A DNA stretch of 64,000 nucleotides. Origin: Ancylonema sp. (lineage: Eukaryota). Location: NCBI GenBank assembly GCA_050230475.1, contig JBFLGF010000119.1:1-64000 (forward strand), written 5' to 3'. Below the pieces are notes generated by a model. It saw only the letters and a list, made by a program, of their open reading frames with translations. It made no database searches and had not been told where the DNA came from. Every line of letters starts with the position of its first letter. Within the stretch, counting starts at the first letter, position 1. Below, one piece after another: positions 13,131-26,911 of this stretch. Made by a program: the position numbers and the translations under genes.

Positions 13131-16100
13131 TGTTAGTTTTTAGGGGCTGTGAACTTTTGTCGTTATATCGATTTTAGCAATACCGGGAATTTAGCTTTAG
13201 TTTTGTCGTTATTCAGCAAATGCAAGCTGCAGGCCGGCTGCCGGCCGATGTCCTTGTTTCAATGATTACTTGGCCAACTGGCACAAATGTCGATAAGAAC
13301 TAGTTGATGTGGCAGAATGCTTAGATATGATTGGCAGTTGACGAAGTAGTTTCGATAGCAGTAGATTCTTTGACCAGGCAGCAATCGACTGTACTAGGTC
13401 TGAGCTTGCATGCTGAATTCTGTAATCAATACTTTCTACTTCAAACTTGCACTTTTGTTGTGTCAAGCTTGTAATGACGTGATCTGCTTGATTCAAAGAG
13501 ATTAAGTAGAAGTGAACTTTATTCTTGCATCGATGGCAGAAGAAAGTTCTCAGAGTGGTATCAGAGCACGGTACTGCATTCTGGATGGAGATAAAAGTTA
13601 CCTTTCAAGCATGGAGATCTAAGGCCTCAGCTACTCTTGATGATGCCGAGTGCCTTGAGATCTGCAAAGGAATAGAGACTATTCCAAGACTGAGGTTACA
13701 GCCAGATATGATGATGAACACAAGCTAATAAATGAAGCAAAAATGGAGGAGTATACACTTGATGTCAGAAGCTTCCGCAAAATATCAAAGAAGGCAGTCA
13801 TGCTACTCATGCACTTGTCAGTGACGACATCGTACATCACTTGAACAATTTGAACGAGACCCAAAGGCGATGTGGGACTATCTGCGGAGGAGTATGACAA
13901 GGTGTCTCCAGAACTTCGACGGATTGCAAAAGAAAAGCTGAACTCTTTCAAGATCGATGAAAAGATGCCAGTCAGAGATATCAAGAATACTTTTATGTCG
14001 ATCATCAGAGAGTGTGTACATCAAAAATTTACAGTCAACGCAGAAGATCAGGTGATGGCATTGTTTGCTCGCATGTCAAGAACAAAATACGGCATGTTGA
14101 AGAAGCTTTATTATGGACAGAAAGAGGCACCTGGGATCAGCTGGATCTGGAGGCAGATGGGAATGGATGAGCTGGACGACAAGAAAGAAAAAGATGTCAA
14201 AGATGCTGAGGCACTAGTTGTAGAGGCAAACTATGCTAAGTGGTCAGCGCAACAAAAAAGTTAAAGCCAAGGCAGAGGTGGTGGTATCGACAATCGTGGA
14301 GGCAGGGGTACATTCAGGGGGTATTCAGGAGATAATCGTGGAACCAGAGGTGGTCGTGGAGGCAAAGGTGGAGGCAGTGGATCAAGTGGAGGACATTCCT
14401 GCTATACTTGTGGAGAGACAGGTCACTACAGCAGAGACTGCTCCAAGAAAAACGAAGAATGCAGATATTGTGGAGTCATTGGTCATGTGGAATTCACATG
14501 TTTCGACAAGAAAAACGAAGCTCCACGAATGCAGAGAAAGGGGGTACGCAGTGGGAGAAAAACAGCTTTCGTTGGTGAAATCGATGAGGAGAAAAGCTGT
14601 GGTCATGGAGAAGCTGTCATCGCTAAGATCTGTGCAGGAAATGTTGCAGATGACGATGATGCAGAAAAAGATTTCCTTTTCGACGATGGTTCCAGTCACC
14701 ATTCGTGTGGGCAGAAAAATCTTTTCAAAATCCTCGAAGACATTCCACACGAGGTCATCATGCATCATATCGGTCGGAAGTGTGCGAGTGAAGCAGTGGG
14801 GAACAATTGAGCTGAATACTGAGGGAGAAAGCAGGGTGGTCTTACACTTGCAGTGGGAAAGCTGGTGGCATCATTCCAGTTTACAACAAATCTGGACAAC
14901 AAGTTTGCACTCTGCAAGAAACATCGACAGGTCGAAAAACTATAATCTGCACACCGGTTCGACATCAACAACTTACGGAAGGGGAAGCTGTTGTAGCTGC
15001 TGTCGAAATCAACCTCCTGCACACAAGACTTGGGCATGCAAATGAGAGAGTGCTCAAAAATGTGGCACGACAACAATCTTGTACGAGGCTGGAAGGTGTA
15101 GGCGTCTCAGGAGTTCTGCAAAACTGTGAAGGGTGCAAGCTGGGGAAGGCACACGACAAACCTCATCCTCGACGAGAAGCTGGTGCAGGAGAACAAGTCT
15201 GTTTGGGAAGAGTGTCGGTGGACTTGGCAGGGCCGTTCAATCCAGCATCAATAGGGGGAGGAGTGTACAACATGGTGCTCGTCGATGAATACAACCGAAA
15301 ATCCTGGGTGGAAATACTTCGCAGCAAAGATGATGCAGCTCCTCCAGCTAAGCAATGGATCGCAATCTGGAAAAGACAAGCTGGGAAACCTGTTAAAAAT
15401 CTGATCAGATCGAGGAGGAGATTTTATCGATGGTGATCTGCAGAAGTGGCTCAAAAACAGAGGAATCAGACATGAGACAACTCCGCCAAACACTCCTCAA
15501 GACAATGCAATCACAGAGCGCATGAATCGTACGTTGCAAGACGGGGCTCGCTCTATGCTTTTGCACATGCAACTTCCTCCTGGTCTGTGGGCAGAAGCAA
15601 TCTCCTTAGCTTCATATCTCAGAAATCGATGTCAAGTCAGCGGTCTTCCAAGGACTCCCAGAGGAGATGTGGTCAGGAGAGGTTCCAAAGGTTGATCATC
15701 TTCGATCATTCGGCTGCAAAGTTTATGTGCGGCTGGAGAAACAAGATCGGGCTGGGAAAATGAGTGCGCTGGCTTGGCTTGGTGTGTTAGTTGGATGGAA
15801 TCCCGACAGTCCTTGCTACCGAGTCTAGGATCCTGCAACGAAGAAAGTACACAACGTTGGCACGGGTCATGCAGACATCGATGAATCTGTCAAGCAAAGC
15901 TGGTGGAGGGGACATAAAATTGGCAAGAAGGCAAGAGTGCATGAGCCACTTGGAGAAACAAAAATGTCATGGCTAGATCTGGATGCAGCTGATCAAGGAG
16001 CAGGAGGGGATAGTGTTGGCCTCGGAGGGGGCATTTCTAGAGGTGGGCAACCGACCTTTGGCGACCCAAATTTTGTCGATGAAGAGATCCCTGATGCTGT

Positions 16101-18519
16101 GGGAAATCCATAGCCACAGCTTCCGAGATCTCCTCTTCCTCAGAGTGCAGATCTTCCAGAACTTGTCAGTAATTCTAGTGGAGACGATGAAGACGAAGAT
16201 CATCTGGAAGATCGTCTAGAATGGTATCCAGATGATGCTACTCCTCTTAATCCACTTGGCGTGAACGACAACTTTTCAGAAACTTTTATTGATGATCCTG
16301 AGCCTGTTCGTCAATCTGCAAGGGAGAACAGAGGAATGCATCCCAACAGATTTGCTGCTGCGTCTGTTGCCAACTTGGAAAGTGAGATAAAGACACCAAC
16401 GACTGTGGAGGAAGCTCTTAACAATCCACAAGCAGCTGAGTGGAAAGTTGCAATGGCCGCAAAAATGGCAAGTCTACGAGAGAACCAGGTCTATCGACTT
16501 GTGCCAAGGCCGAAGGGGAAGAAAGTTGTGAAGTCAAAGTGGGTGTTCAGGATCAAATTCAATGCAGATGGTTCTGTAGAAAAATACAAAAAGAATTGTG
16601 GCTAAGGGATTCAGTCAAGTAGAGGGAGAGGACTACGATCAAACCTTTTCTCCAATTGTTCGTTTTGAGAGCATTCGCCAACTTGTGGCCATGGGAGCTT
16701 CCAAGGGTCTACACATGCATCAGATGGATGTAACGACAGCTTTTCTCTATGCACCCTTGGAAGAGGAGGTGTACATGGAGGCCCCTAACGGCACGTGTGG
16801 GCCTGCTGAAGCAGATTTGGTGTGGCTACTACTCAGGTGCTTGTATGGGGCCTCAAGCAGGCACCGAGAGGATGGAATGAGCACATCGACGACGTGCTGA
16901 AAAGCGCTTGCAATCTCATCGTCTGGCTTCAGATTTTGGCCTTTATATTCTGGGAGAAGGGCCGGAAGCACTCTACTTGGCGCTCTATGTGGATGATGTG
17001 TTTCTCCTCTGCATCAGGCTGGATACTATTTTTGGGGTGAAAAGAGGGCTGGGAAAGAAGTATAACATGAAAGACCTGGGGGAAGCGAAATTATTGCTGG
17101 GGCTTGAGATTCGACGGCAGTTTGATGGAAACGTGTTTTTAGTGCAAGAGAAATATGCCAGAGATCTCCTCACCAAGTTTGGGATGCAAGATTGCAATTC
17201 TGCTTCTACTCCTCTTGAGCTGGGTGTCAAATTTTCTGCAAACTGTGAATCTGCTTCTGAATCTGCTGGAATAGAGGGTGTGGGCTACAAGTCTGCAATG
17301 GGCAGTTTGCTATATCTCACTTCTGGAACAAGACCTGATTTGGCAACTGCTGTTAACTCCTTGTGTCGATACAGTCAACAGCCAGGGGACAAGCATTGGG
17401 AGGGGGTAAAGAGAGTTTTGGGATATCTCAAGGGAACTGTCAATTTGGGGCTGATGTATAAGAAAAGAGGTGATTTGCCAGTCATTGGTTACTCAGATGC
17501 TAGTCATGTGACGACGTCGACACTAGGAAGGGGAGAACTGGATGTCTTTCTTAGTGGAGGAGCGCTGTGAGCTGGAAAGTGGTCTGCTGGAGACAGTCAC
17601 ACACTCAAGTTGTGAAAGTGAGTATTTGGCATTGAGTGCTGCTGGAAATGAGGCCATTTATTGAGCCAGATGCAAAGGAGTTGGGTATTGGTGGGGGGAG
17701 TGTGCTATTGCTGGGAGACAATGAGAGTTATTTGAAACTTGCTGAGAATCCTGTTTTTCACAAGCGCTCCAAACACATCGAGATCAAGTATCATTCCATT
17801 CGAGTGAGGGTGTCCAAGAAAAAGATCAGTCTAGAGTTTGACAAGAGTGAAGACCAGGCTGCTGATATGTTGACAAAGCTAGTGTCTCTCAAGGTGTTGA
17901 AGTAGAATTGTGATCTGGTGGGGTTGGTGTATGAAAAATAAATGTAGATGGTTCATTGATATGTTTAATTTGTTGAAGTTCGTGAGTTTTGTGAGTTTTT
18001 GTCGACTTGTGTTTGTAAAATCGATATCGTTTTTGGAGGGGGGTTATCGTTTTTAATGGGGGAATACAAAAGTACCCAGGGAGGGGGTGTTTTTAGGGGC
18101 TGTGAACTTTTGTCGTTATATCGATTTTAGCAACACCGGGAATTTAGCTTTAGTTTTGTCGTTATTCAGCAAATGCAGGCTGCAGGCAGCCTGCAGGCCT
18201 GCTGCAGGCCGATGACCTTGTATCAATGATTACTTGGCCATCAGGCACAAGTGTCGATAAGAACAAGTTGATGTGGCAGAATGCTTAGATATGATTGGCA
18301 GTTGACGAAGTAGTTTCGATAGCAGTAGATTCTTTGACCAGGTTCTTTGACCAGGCAGCAATCGACTGTACTAGGTCTGAGCTTGCCAATCAATACTTTC
18401 TACTTCAAACTTGCACTTTTGTTGTGTCAACGTTTGTAATGACGTGATCTGTTTGATTCAAAGAGATTAAGGAGAAGTGAACTTTATTCTTGCATCGATG
18501 GCAGAAGAAAGTTCTCACA
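13131..18519 (+). mobile_element. Ty1/copia LTR retrotransposon, full length, decayed
   Basis: LTRs 13131-13554 and 18088-18519. PBS TGGTATCAGAGC (tRNA-iMet) at 13556-13567. PPT GGGAGGGGG before the 3' LTR. TSD GAACC/AAACC. Order is gag (CYTCGETGHYSRDC, CRYCGVIGHVEFTC), integrase (VDLAGP), RT (QMDVTTAFL, YVDD), RNase H (YSDA, DNES, ADMLTK), with many frameshifts and stops. Confidence 0.96.
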
Positions 18520-19734
18520 AAACCTAGTGTCTTGAAAATCGACTTTAGAGGCGTTAGAGTCTCTCCATTTGAGAGACGTCATAAATGGAAAAAGAGAACC
18601 AACTAACGTAGTACTCTAACGAGCCACGGGTTGTGTAGGGTCCTTAAGGCCATTGTTGCAATAGTTTTACCGATCGAGTGTCCGGGGTTCCGAGAGCTTC
18701 CGTCCTTGAAGGCCAAAATGCTTAACCGGTTGTACTAGGGTACTTTCAAGTTTCTTTTGGGATTTGAGAGGTTAATTGTTGATAAGAAATTTTAGAAATT
18801 GATATTTTGTAATTCAAGTTGCTCTTGTACACTGTCCAAAAATCTCAATAATATTGGCACCCCAAAAAAAAATCCGACATGTCCATTTTCCCCCGAAACT
18901 TGCAGGGCAAAATAGAAACCGTAAAAGGCACGTTGTCCGACCAGGTCCCGATTCCGGACCCGGACGGACCGCAGTACAAAGGATTAATGGGCCGGTCCGT
19001 GCAACAATGGTTTTTGCACGACCCCCGAACCGAGTCTCACTGAAAACCGGCTCCCCCCAAAATGAAGATGATTCGGAACCATGGAGATATGGGTTTCTAT
19101 TGCGAGAAGCATCATCTACAGGGGCTACATGCGTGTTGAGATCTCGTGACATAGTTGTTTCTTGTACATGGCATCATTATCATTTAATGTAAAATGATCC
19201 AACATAATAGAATGATTCATAAAATATGGCATAGTTGCACGGACCGGCAAGCGAGGTCGGACCGTTCCCGATTCCGGCCCGAGGTTCGTCTATTTAAACC
19301 CAAATGCCAGAATGGAGGATTTATGTTTTTCTCCTTTTGGGGGGGTGGTCAACATGTTTTCCGTGGAGAAACAATTTCGGGAGTAAATTATTTCTGGGCC
19401 ATTTTGTGATTTGTATTGTACAAAAATGTTTAAGATTAAAATCATACCGATATGCTATAAAAACTAGTAATGCTTCAAAATATAGTCACTATAGTCACTA
19501 AAAACTTGTTTGTACATGCTCCGGCAACAGAGGAGTCTTGGACTCTCGTCCAATTGATAGTTTTTACATTGTCCATGATAGACATAAGGATAAAACACAC
19601 GTTGGAGTCGTGTTTAACACGGAAGGGACTGAAAAGTTTTGCGAAATGATTTGGAAAATGTTCGCTGGTCATTTTGATCATAAAGGTGATGGATACAAAA
19701 ACACGGGCGAATTTATATAGATACATACTAAATA

Positions 19735-20053
19735 CAGTCGAACCTTAGTATAATAACTTATTTGCGGCGGCATTTTGGGTTTCTATATCGATTATTACCA
19801 ACTGGTGAATATACTCGGTAGTAATATTTACCATGTACAGTCATACCTCAATGTAGTAACTATTTTGTAGCGGGATTTCGGGGTACTGAATCGACTTTTT
19901 TATATAGTTACCTTCCAATAGTGAGTTCATTTTTGTGTGTGGATATTATGTCGCATGCTACTGTACAATATCGAGGGTGCTTTTGTAGAGAAATAGAATG
20001 GGATAAATTGTTGGTTACTAGAACGAATTGTGTCACTATTTCGAAGTTCGACA
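19735..20053. mobile_element. Degenerate pogo-like MITE remnant(s)
   Basis: TA-CAGTCGAACCTTAGTATAATAAC start, a second TACAGTCATACCTC start near 19837, and an imperfect reverse end GTCACTATTTCGAAGTTCGAC. Confidence 0.4.
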
Positions 20054-21055
20054 TACGAAACTAGCAAAAAAATAAGGGCTACCACAACAAGAGGTGCACG
20101 GTTTAACACGTGCAATAACAAACCACGGCATGTTGCCTAAGACGACGACATCAAGGACTAGAAGGAACCGGTAGGTAGGGAGATAACGGTTTCTCGAGAA
20201 AGTGTCCCGATTTATCTCCCTTTTTTCTTCATACATTTTGTTACACATCGTATAACACGCGTAAATCATAGACTTCAATCGATGTAGAAACTCTCCAACA
20301 GTTAAAGTAATATTTGTAAGGTTACTAAAACGCATGTTTCTCTACTATATTGAGGATACTTTTGTACAAAAATAGAATGCGGGGGAATAATAAAGTTTGA
20401 GATACTTTGTGGTGAATCCATTATATGTTCTCCGCCTACTCGAACCTTCGAGGACTTCGTGTCGGTGGCCCAAGCGTGCAAAACATGCAACTATATGATT
20501 TTACACGTGCTAAACCGAACATCTCTCATTATAGTAAGAGTAACTAGTAACAAACATAGAAAATGTTTTTTTTAAGTGTACTCAATCTGTAACAATAACG
20601 ATTCGATATACTAACTTCAAAATTCTGCCGCAAAAAAGCGACTTCATCGAGGTGAAATTGTACTTCGTTGTGAAGTACTCGAGGTGGATGGAAGTGGATG
20701 GGCGTTGGGCCGGCGTGGGGTGGGGGACAGCCTGGACGGTCCCCCGAACCGCGAGCAAAATGGTTGTGGGCGGCCCACAGTGGGCCCCATTCCTGTGGTC
20801 GGCCGTCCCTGGGCGGGGCCGTCCCCCTTACTCTCAGCCGCGTTTTGACCGACGCCGAAACCGGGTGCATGATGATCATTTCGTCCACATCCCCGCGGGA
20901 TCTGATGCCAAGTGCCAACCCAACTGCCGCTGTGTGTCATCTCCGGATTGAATTTCCAGTGCTATGTGTTTAGCACGTAGGAGGTTATGGTTCTTTCTCC
21001 TCCCGCTTTCCTCTTGGAAATTGTGTGAGACTGTTGTTATCTGCTAGCAAATGAT

Positions 21056-21367
21056 ATGCAATCTCCTGGAACTGAATTTAGCATGAGCTGGCATGCAGAA
21101 CCTGTTAAGCACAGCGGCTCCATTCGAGAGTCTCATAAGCGACGTAAGGCCAAAGCCAGCGTCGGCGGTGACATCGACTCTTTTTTAACGGGACCAAACC
21201 TGATCGTTGGCTTGATCTTCTCCGTTTGCCTATTAGTTCTTCCAGTTGTCCTTCCAACTCTCCCTTCTCCACCCTTCGAGGTTCTTCTGATCCCAGCAAT
21301 TTTGCTGGTTGTACTGGTTTTTTTCGGCTTGTGCGGAACATCAGGCGGATCAGCCGAAGACACATAG
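21056..21367 (+). CDS. ARGOS: ARGOS/OSR-like small membrane protein (103 aa, single coding exon)
   Basis: LLVLPVVLPTLPSPPFEVLLIPAILLVVLVFF matches the OSR architecture TM1-LPPLPPPP-TM2. A GC-rich promoter-like region with GGCCCA motifs lies at ~20690-20830. Confidence 0.75.
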   Translation: MQSPGTEFSMSWHAEPVKHSGSIRESHKRRKAKASVGGDIDSFLTGPNLIVGLIFSVCLLVLPVVLPTLPSPPFEVLLIPAILLVVLVFFGLCGTSGGSAEDT

Positions 21368-23104
21368 GTCCAGTACTTAGGTCCTCTAGCACAACCGGAC
21401 TTGCGCAGCATGCCTGAAGTTCTCTAGCACAATCGGACCTGCGCATCATGCCTCGATCGAGGCTTCACCATGGCCAGGCTTCCTTGAGCTCACGTCTTCT
21501 CCAGCCGGAAAGGACGTCCTGCTGCACATATGGGAGCAGGTGCAGAATTATATAATCCTCTAATCCTTCATTATAGAGGGTCATCATCATCATTGTGCAT
21601 TTATCGCAAGAAGTCGCACAAGTCTTGTATGGGTCCAGGGGACACGGTACACAGTCGGCAGCTGGTTTGTCAGCTGGGGTTGCTGCTATCCATCGTTGCT
21701 GAAGCTGGTTCTATTAAATATGCAGGACAAGTAGCTTCCTTTTCCCCGTGCTTATTCAACTTCCGGCCGACGAAAACATGAAGATGGCTGGTACTTCATA
21801 TCGGAAACTCTTCTGGACACTTAAATCGTCATCAACCAGGTGAGAACAGTGGCAGAAAATGGCTGCAGCTCAAATTCGTCTCCATGTTTTCAATGTGTCC
21901 TCCTTTTTCCTCTAGGTAGTTAAGTTAAATATCACCGATGCTGCCTCAATGTCTGTTGAGATCGCTGTGCCCTCCTGATACATCGAAATTGAATGAGCGA
22001 GTCAGTATCTCGCTGCGTAGTTTGGAAACATATCCTTTCCGTGCAGCTCACCCTCGTGTTTACCTGGTCAGTCATCATAACCTTGTCTGCTGCTGTCATA
22101 TTTTTCTGTGGAATTTCACAGAGATTGATATGTGTAGGTGGGCTGGAAAACTATTTTGATTCTGCATTTCGTACTCCCTGACTTGATTTATCTGTGTGTA
22201 TTGCAGGCACGCCTAGGTCTCTGTGGGGTTTGGCCTCCCTGCATAGCGCTACTATGATAGGACTCTCCACAATAAGTCGAACGCGTTTTCTGCCTGCACA
22301 CGCGACATGTGGTCATCCCTTTTAGCTAGTTCTGCTCCAATAGAAATAGACGTGTAGGCGTCCTTACTGTTCTATATGAGAATACAAGACGAGGCTTCGG
22401 GCTTTCAAGCTGCATTAATGGCCATTACGCCTCTCAACATGGTAGCCACATAGCTTGTTCAGCGCAAAGGTGCACCGCAGGGTCGAAATAGTTATTAAGG
22501 TGAAAGGTATATACCAATACCTTCAATGCCCTTTTGGATTGGTGTACACAGTATGTTTCTAACTTTAGCCGGTTGTTGAGCTGTATTTTCTTAGCCGTAT
22601 AGACTTGCTTCACACAAGGATCAACCTTGTCTTGTAGTGAGTTGATGACAACATTCGTCATTCGTCACGGGTGTTTGTAGTTTGTTTATGGAGAACGGAT
22701 TGATGAAGAAATCCTCGGCTGGCAAAGGCTATTATAATTTTGTAAGTGACAATTGAGTTACTAGTCCGCGAGTGTCTTCAGTAGATTATGCCTTAGTTGG
22801 GTTGCGGACATTTGTGTGAGAGCACGTAAAATACATTATCATTTCTTGCTTCTATGGTGTGGAGTATTTTTTATGTTCTCGTGTTTCTTCAAATGACCAA
22901 CCATAATGTGGCCGGCAACTTATGGAAACATTCGGGTTTTTCCTACTGAAGGTTAATTGCATGGTGTAATGGCTATAGATGATTCTAATATCCTTCTTTC
23001 GATGATTTCAATACATTGCCATTGATCAACTTGAAATAACACGGGTTGTCCGTTGTGGTGTCATATTTGATAATAACTATACATGGTAAGAACTAGCATG
23101 GGTT

Positions 23105-23602
23105 TATAAAAATAAAAAAAAAACGTGACCCAGCAAGCAAAATGACCCACCCCAAAACAACGCGTAATTTTTACCGCACCACTTCCGTATTAATTATGGT
23201 AACATAAACCTAAGGGGTGGGGGGTTTCGGCCGTCAATTTTTTTATGTTTTTTGTTTCCCCCCGTTCACTTTACACTAAAAAGTTCGTTCACTTTCCTTC
23301 ATCTCGAATTTATCCGCCGTTCATCCGTTCACTTTACACTAACAAGTTCGTTCATTTTCCTTTATATCATTTTTTTTCACCGTTCGTCCGTTCACTCGTC
23401 CAAAAGCCTTCTCTCGGTGCCGTGCGTTGTCTGCTCCACATTGCGGCTCTGCAGACTGCATCAAAGTGTGAGGCCTAAACACATACCCACTACTATACTC
23501 TCAAACCACAACTATATTGTTAGACTTTGTTGCTAATTGTCATGAAATAATGTCCGTTATACAAATACATTATGATAGATCTCGAAGAGATAAAGGCGAA
23601 CA
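23105..23602 (+). mobile_element. Fragment of the same family as the 39064-41286 element, in opposite orientation
   Basis: Homologous to the reverse complement of ~39840-40520 (CCCAAAACAAC..TTTACCGCACCA, TTTCGGCCGTCAA, CGTTCACTTT repeats, GTTAGACTTTGT, GAGATAAAGGCGAA). Confidence 0.75.
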
Positions 23603-23938
23603 CCGTACCAGCCAGAGAAAACGCGCGAGAAAATAATTACCGTTTTGCCTGGCGCACACGTTTTTGGCGCGTACTAAAATAATTATTTTGAACACGCTGG
23701 CGCATACTTTTAAGGCAAATAAATTCATAAAATCGACGATAATTTGGCGCGGTACAAAAATCCAAAACGAAAAATTCCAAAACACATGGCGCAATTGAAA
23801 GATATTTATTCAAAATTCGCCTGGTGCACACTTTTGGCGCATACTAATTAATTTAAAAGTCGCTGGCGCAACTGTTTGGAGCGTACTTCTATCGATTAAT
23901 TTTCCGATTTGCTAGCGCATTATCTCTGGCTGGTACGG
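23603..23938. mobile_element. Tc1/mariner-type MITE with CCGTA termini
   Basis: TIR CCGTACCAGCCAGAGAAAACGCGC / GCGCATTATCTCTGGCTGGTACGG; flanks CA/TA; internal TGGCGC repeats. Confidence 0.8.
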
Positions 23939-25155
23939 TACTTTACTTAGCTGTCTATGAAGAGAGCTAAGTCTTGCATTCGTTCGTCCACCTTTTGATC
24001 CGTACAATTTTTGTCCATACAATTGTACTGTTCTCGAAATTGAAGTTTTGTCCGCGTTTTTTATTGGTTGTCTGGTCGGGGATTTGGCGGTAGTGACGTG
24101 TCATTGATGACGTGTCGCATTGTGATTGGTTGATGTGTTTTTCTGTCTTGCGTGAGGTTCTCCTTGGTATTTTTGTTTGGATGTGGGTAAGTGGGGGGGC
24201 ACCATTTACTCCACATGAAGAAAAAATGAATGATCAATTGAACATGCAATTTCATTTGTGTTAGGCCCCCTACCGCAACCCTTTCTTCCTATATAGCATT
24301 ATACTCTATCCCTCATCCTTGTAGGATGGGCGTGGTGTGCTTCAAGGGGTTTGGCGAAAACCAAATTGCGTTAAGGGGGAACTCTTGCAACACACAAGTA
24401 GCTTTTTTTTTTAATTGAAGCGAGCGAGCGAGTTTAGGTGGGGGCAGACCCTGCCCCATAGCTTGTAGGGTTGTTATTATTTAACACTTATGATCTTTTG
24501 TTAAATATCTACAAATTGATTTTGTATTAGGCCCTTTTACGTATGTTTGTGCCTTCCGGTTTTACACTTCTATAAGTTACAAGTTTTTGGTTCAGAATAT
24601 TGATGATACATTTTGGAGGGGAACTCTTCTTTGTTAAGAGCTTTATAACAAAAATCGAAAAACTGAAAGCATGCGGGTGTACTGATCGGGGTGCCCGCGA
24701 GCTCGCGGGCTCCGAGCCCGTGATCCTGATTTTGTTCGCCAACGGGCTCGGAGGCCGAAGGGCTCCCGATTTTCGTGCTCATCGGGCTCCGGGTTCCTAC
24801 GGACTCGTGGCACGGACTCCGGCGGGCTCGGACGGGCTCGAACGGGCTCAAACGGGCTCTGACGGGCTCACTTTGTTCCACTTTCTAGTCGGAAGAGACA
24901 ACATAAAGTGATGGATCGTCTGTATTAACACCCAAAAAGAAACATAAAACCCATTGCAGGCTAGGCAATAGACAACAATGGAGAAGTGGCCTCTAAATGA
25001 TGTGTTCATGTCAAGTTTACGGCCTCCCTTTTCATATTTATCAAAATAACTTAGTGATAAATTTTGTGTCGATTTCAAGTACATATTGGGATTTTCAAAA
25101 ATGCAAAGGTTAGTGTATTGAAGTCTTATTGGTAACTTACTTTTTTAAGGTAACG

Positions 25156-26911
25156 TGGTATGCTAGGACCCTCGCTACAGTCACTAGGGCTCCCTAGCGA
25201 GGCTCCCACACTAAGCGCTAGAGCGCTACTGACGCACTTTTCCCTATAGCGATTTGTGTGCCTCTATAACGAGTTGTGTGTCCCTACCGGCCCGCCTAGG
25301 CCCCTATGTAATATTGTAGTGCCATATCTAGTTGTGTCCCTAGCTCGGTGAGTTATCCGAGTTGTACTCTTGACTAGTCTTGAGCAGAGTTACTATATAT
25401 AGTCCATAGGAATGACGTGCGGTTTGGAGTCGGTTGCCTATAATGGGTTTCTGTAGAATATCTCTGAGTTATATGGTTATCATGTGTTGTCTTGGTGGTG
25501 TGCTTCGTTGGTGTAGCTCGTTACTGGTCTTGGTGTTGATGTCGATAGTAGACGTAGTATGGCTCTGCTGCTCTCATTAATTTGGGTTGCAAATTGAGTC
25601 CATGCTGAGAACTAGGTGTTACGCTAATTCTATCACACTTTCTCGTGCGTGAATGTGTGGAACACTACTTGACGCCGAGGGCGAGTCGACAATTACTATC
25701 AACAATAGAAAGTCTGGAAAGGATTATTGATGGTAAACGTAATATTCTGGTGCAGAATATTAAGGTCGGTAGCCGAAAGGTTAAATTTCGAGTAGAAAGT
25801 TCGGCTGTCAAACGAAGCGTTGACAGATGGTGATAGATGGATGTGGTTTGTTGGTTCAGTTAGAACGTCAACAAGTGGGTGCGCGTCGTTATCGTAGTGG
25901 CTCGGTACGAGCGGTAACAGATCGATGTAAATCGACAAAGTGGTTCTGGCTCAGGAAGAGCGTCAGCAACGTGGTAGGTGGTTAGAACGGGCTAAGTAAG
26001 AGCGTCAGCACTAAGATGTGATGGTAAACAATCAAGTTTACAAGCTGGCTCAGTAAGAGCGTCAGCGGAACTCACAAGAAGTAATTATAGGAAGTTGCGA
26101 AGGTCACTTCGGTCAACTTACAGAATTCGTCGACGGTAGTCGCACGAGTAATCGTAGAGAAGACACGGAGATGATGGCAAGAACTGGCGTCAGCCAGGAG
26201 TTGCACAATTCAGAGAATACAATTGACAGGATTTTGAGAGAAGATATTTTGACTTGACGGCGCAATCTGACAGCGGAAGCTGGCATATCTGTACAATGAA
26301 AAATGTCTTTATGCTACGATCGTCAAATCGTAAAACTAACTAGAGTTAATCGACGTGATCAATCGAGAGGCTGTACTCTAGAAAGTTATATTCAACCTTA
26401 GCGCTACAAATATAGACGTCAAGTATTCTACGGCTGGATTTTATCGCCGAGATAATATCGAGAAGTTGGAAATATCATCGTCGATAACAAAGTTGCGCTA
26501 AGCGCTAAAAAATCGACATGCAATCTAAATTGTACGACTGCTGGATGTTACTCTCGGAAAATACGCCACGCGTTATTTTCGAGTTTACAAAAAGTTGTTG
26601 GATTTTGCAGAGTACTGATTCTAACTTCACACAAAATCATGAAATCTTTATATTGAATCTGATTTCTTCTAACAAGGTATTTTACTAGAGAGGTCTGGAT
26701 ATTGTTACAAAGGGGTTTTACCCTTAACGATCTCTAGCGTCATGACAGTTCCCATCATCTCATGTACTTGCACTCCTAGTGACTCACCATTATTACCAAA
26801 CCAACCAAACCATCCTGGCTCTTGCCTTCCTATCCATTACGGCCATTTGCCATCATGGCCATTGAATGCACTTTGCAATGATTGTGGCTAGAGTCATCTT
26901 TTCATACGCCA
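25156..26911. mobile_element. 1.76-kb non-coding insertion (solo-LTR-like) inside hAT copy 1
   Basis: Absent from copy 2 at the equivalent site (~59108). TG...CA ends with flanks GTAACG/CTAACG (alternatively a TAACGTG duplication). Confidence 0.65.

Noticed and set aside
14233..15045. 270-aa ORF as an independent gene
   Set aside because: Off-frame reading of copia gag/protease; the zinc knuckles are in another frame.
20866..20908. Box C/D snoRNA (GCATGATGA...CTGATGC)
   Set aside because: About 43 nt, too short, and no guide complementarity can be shown.
24441..24457. GGGGCAG-ACC-CTGCCCC hairpin as a Helitron 3' end
   Set aside because: No CTRR terminus at the expected distance, and no matching 5' end.
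25946..26066. CRISPR array
   Set aside because: Only three imperfect repeats with unequal spacers, no cas genes, eukaryotic TE context.
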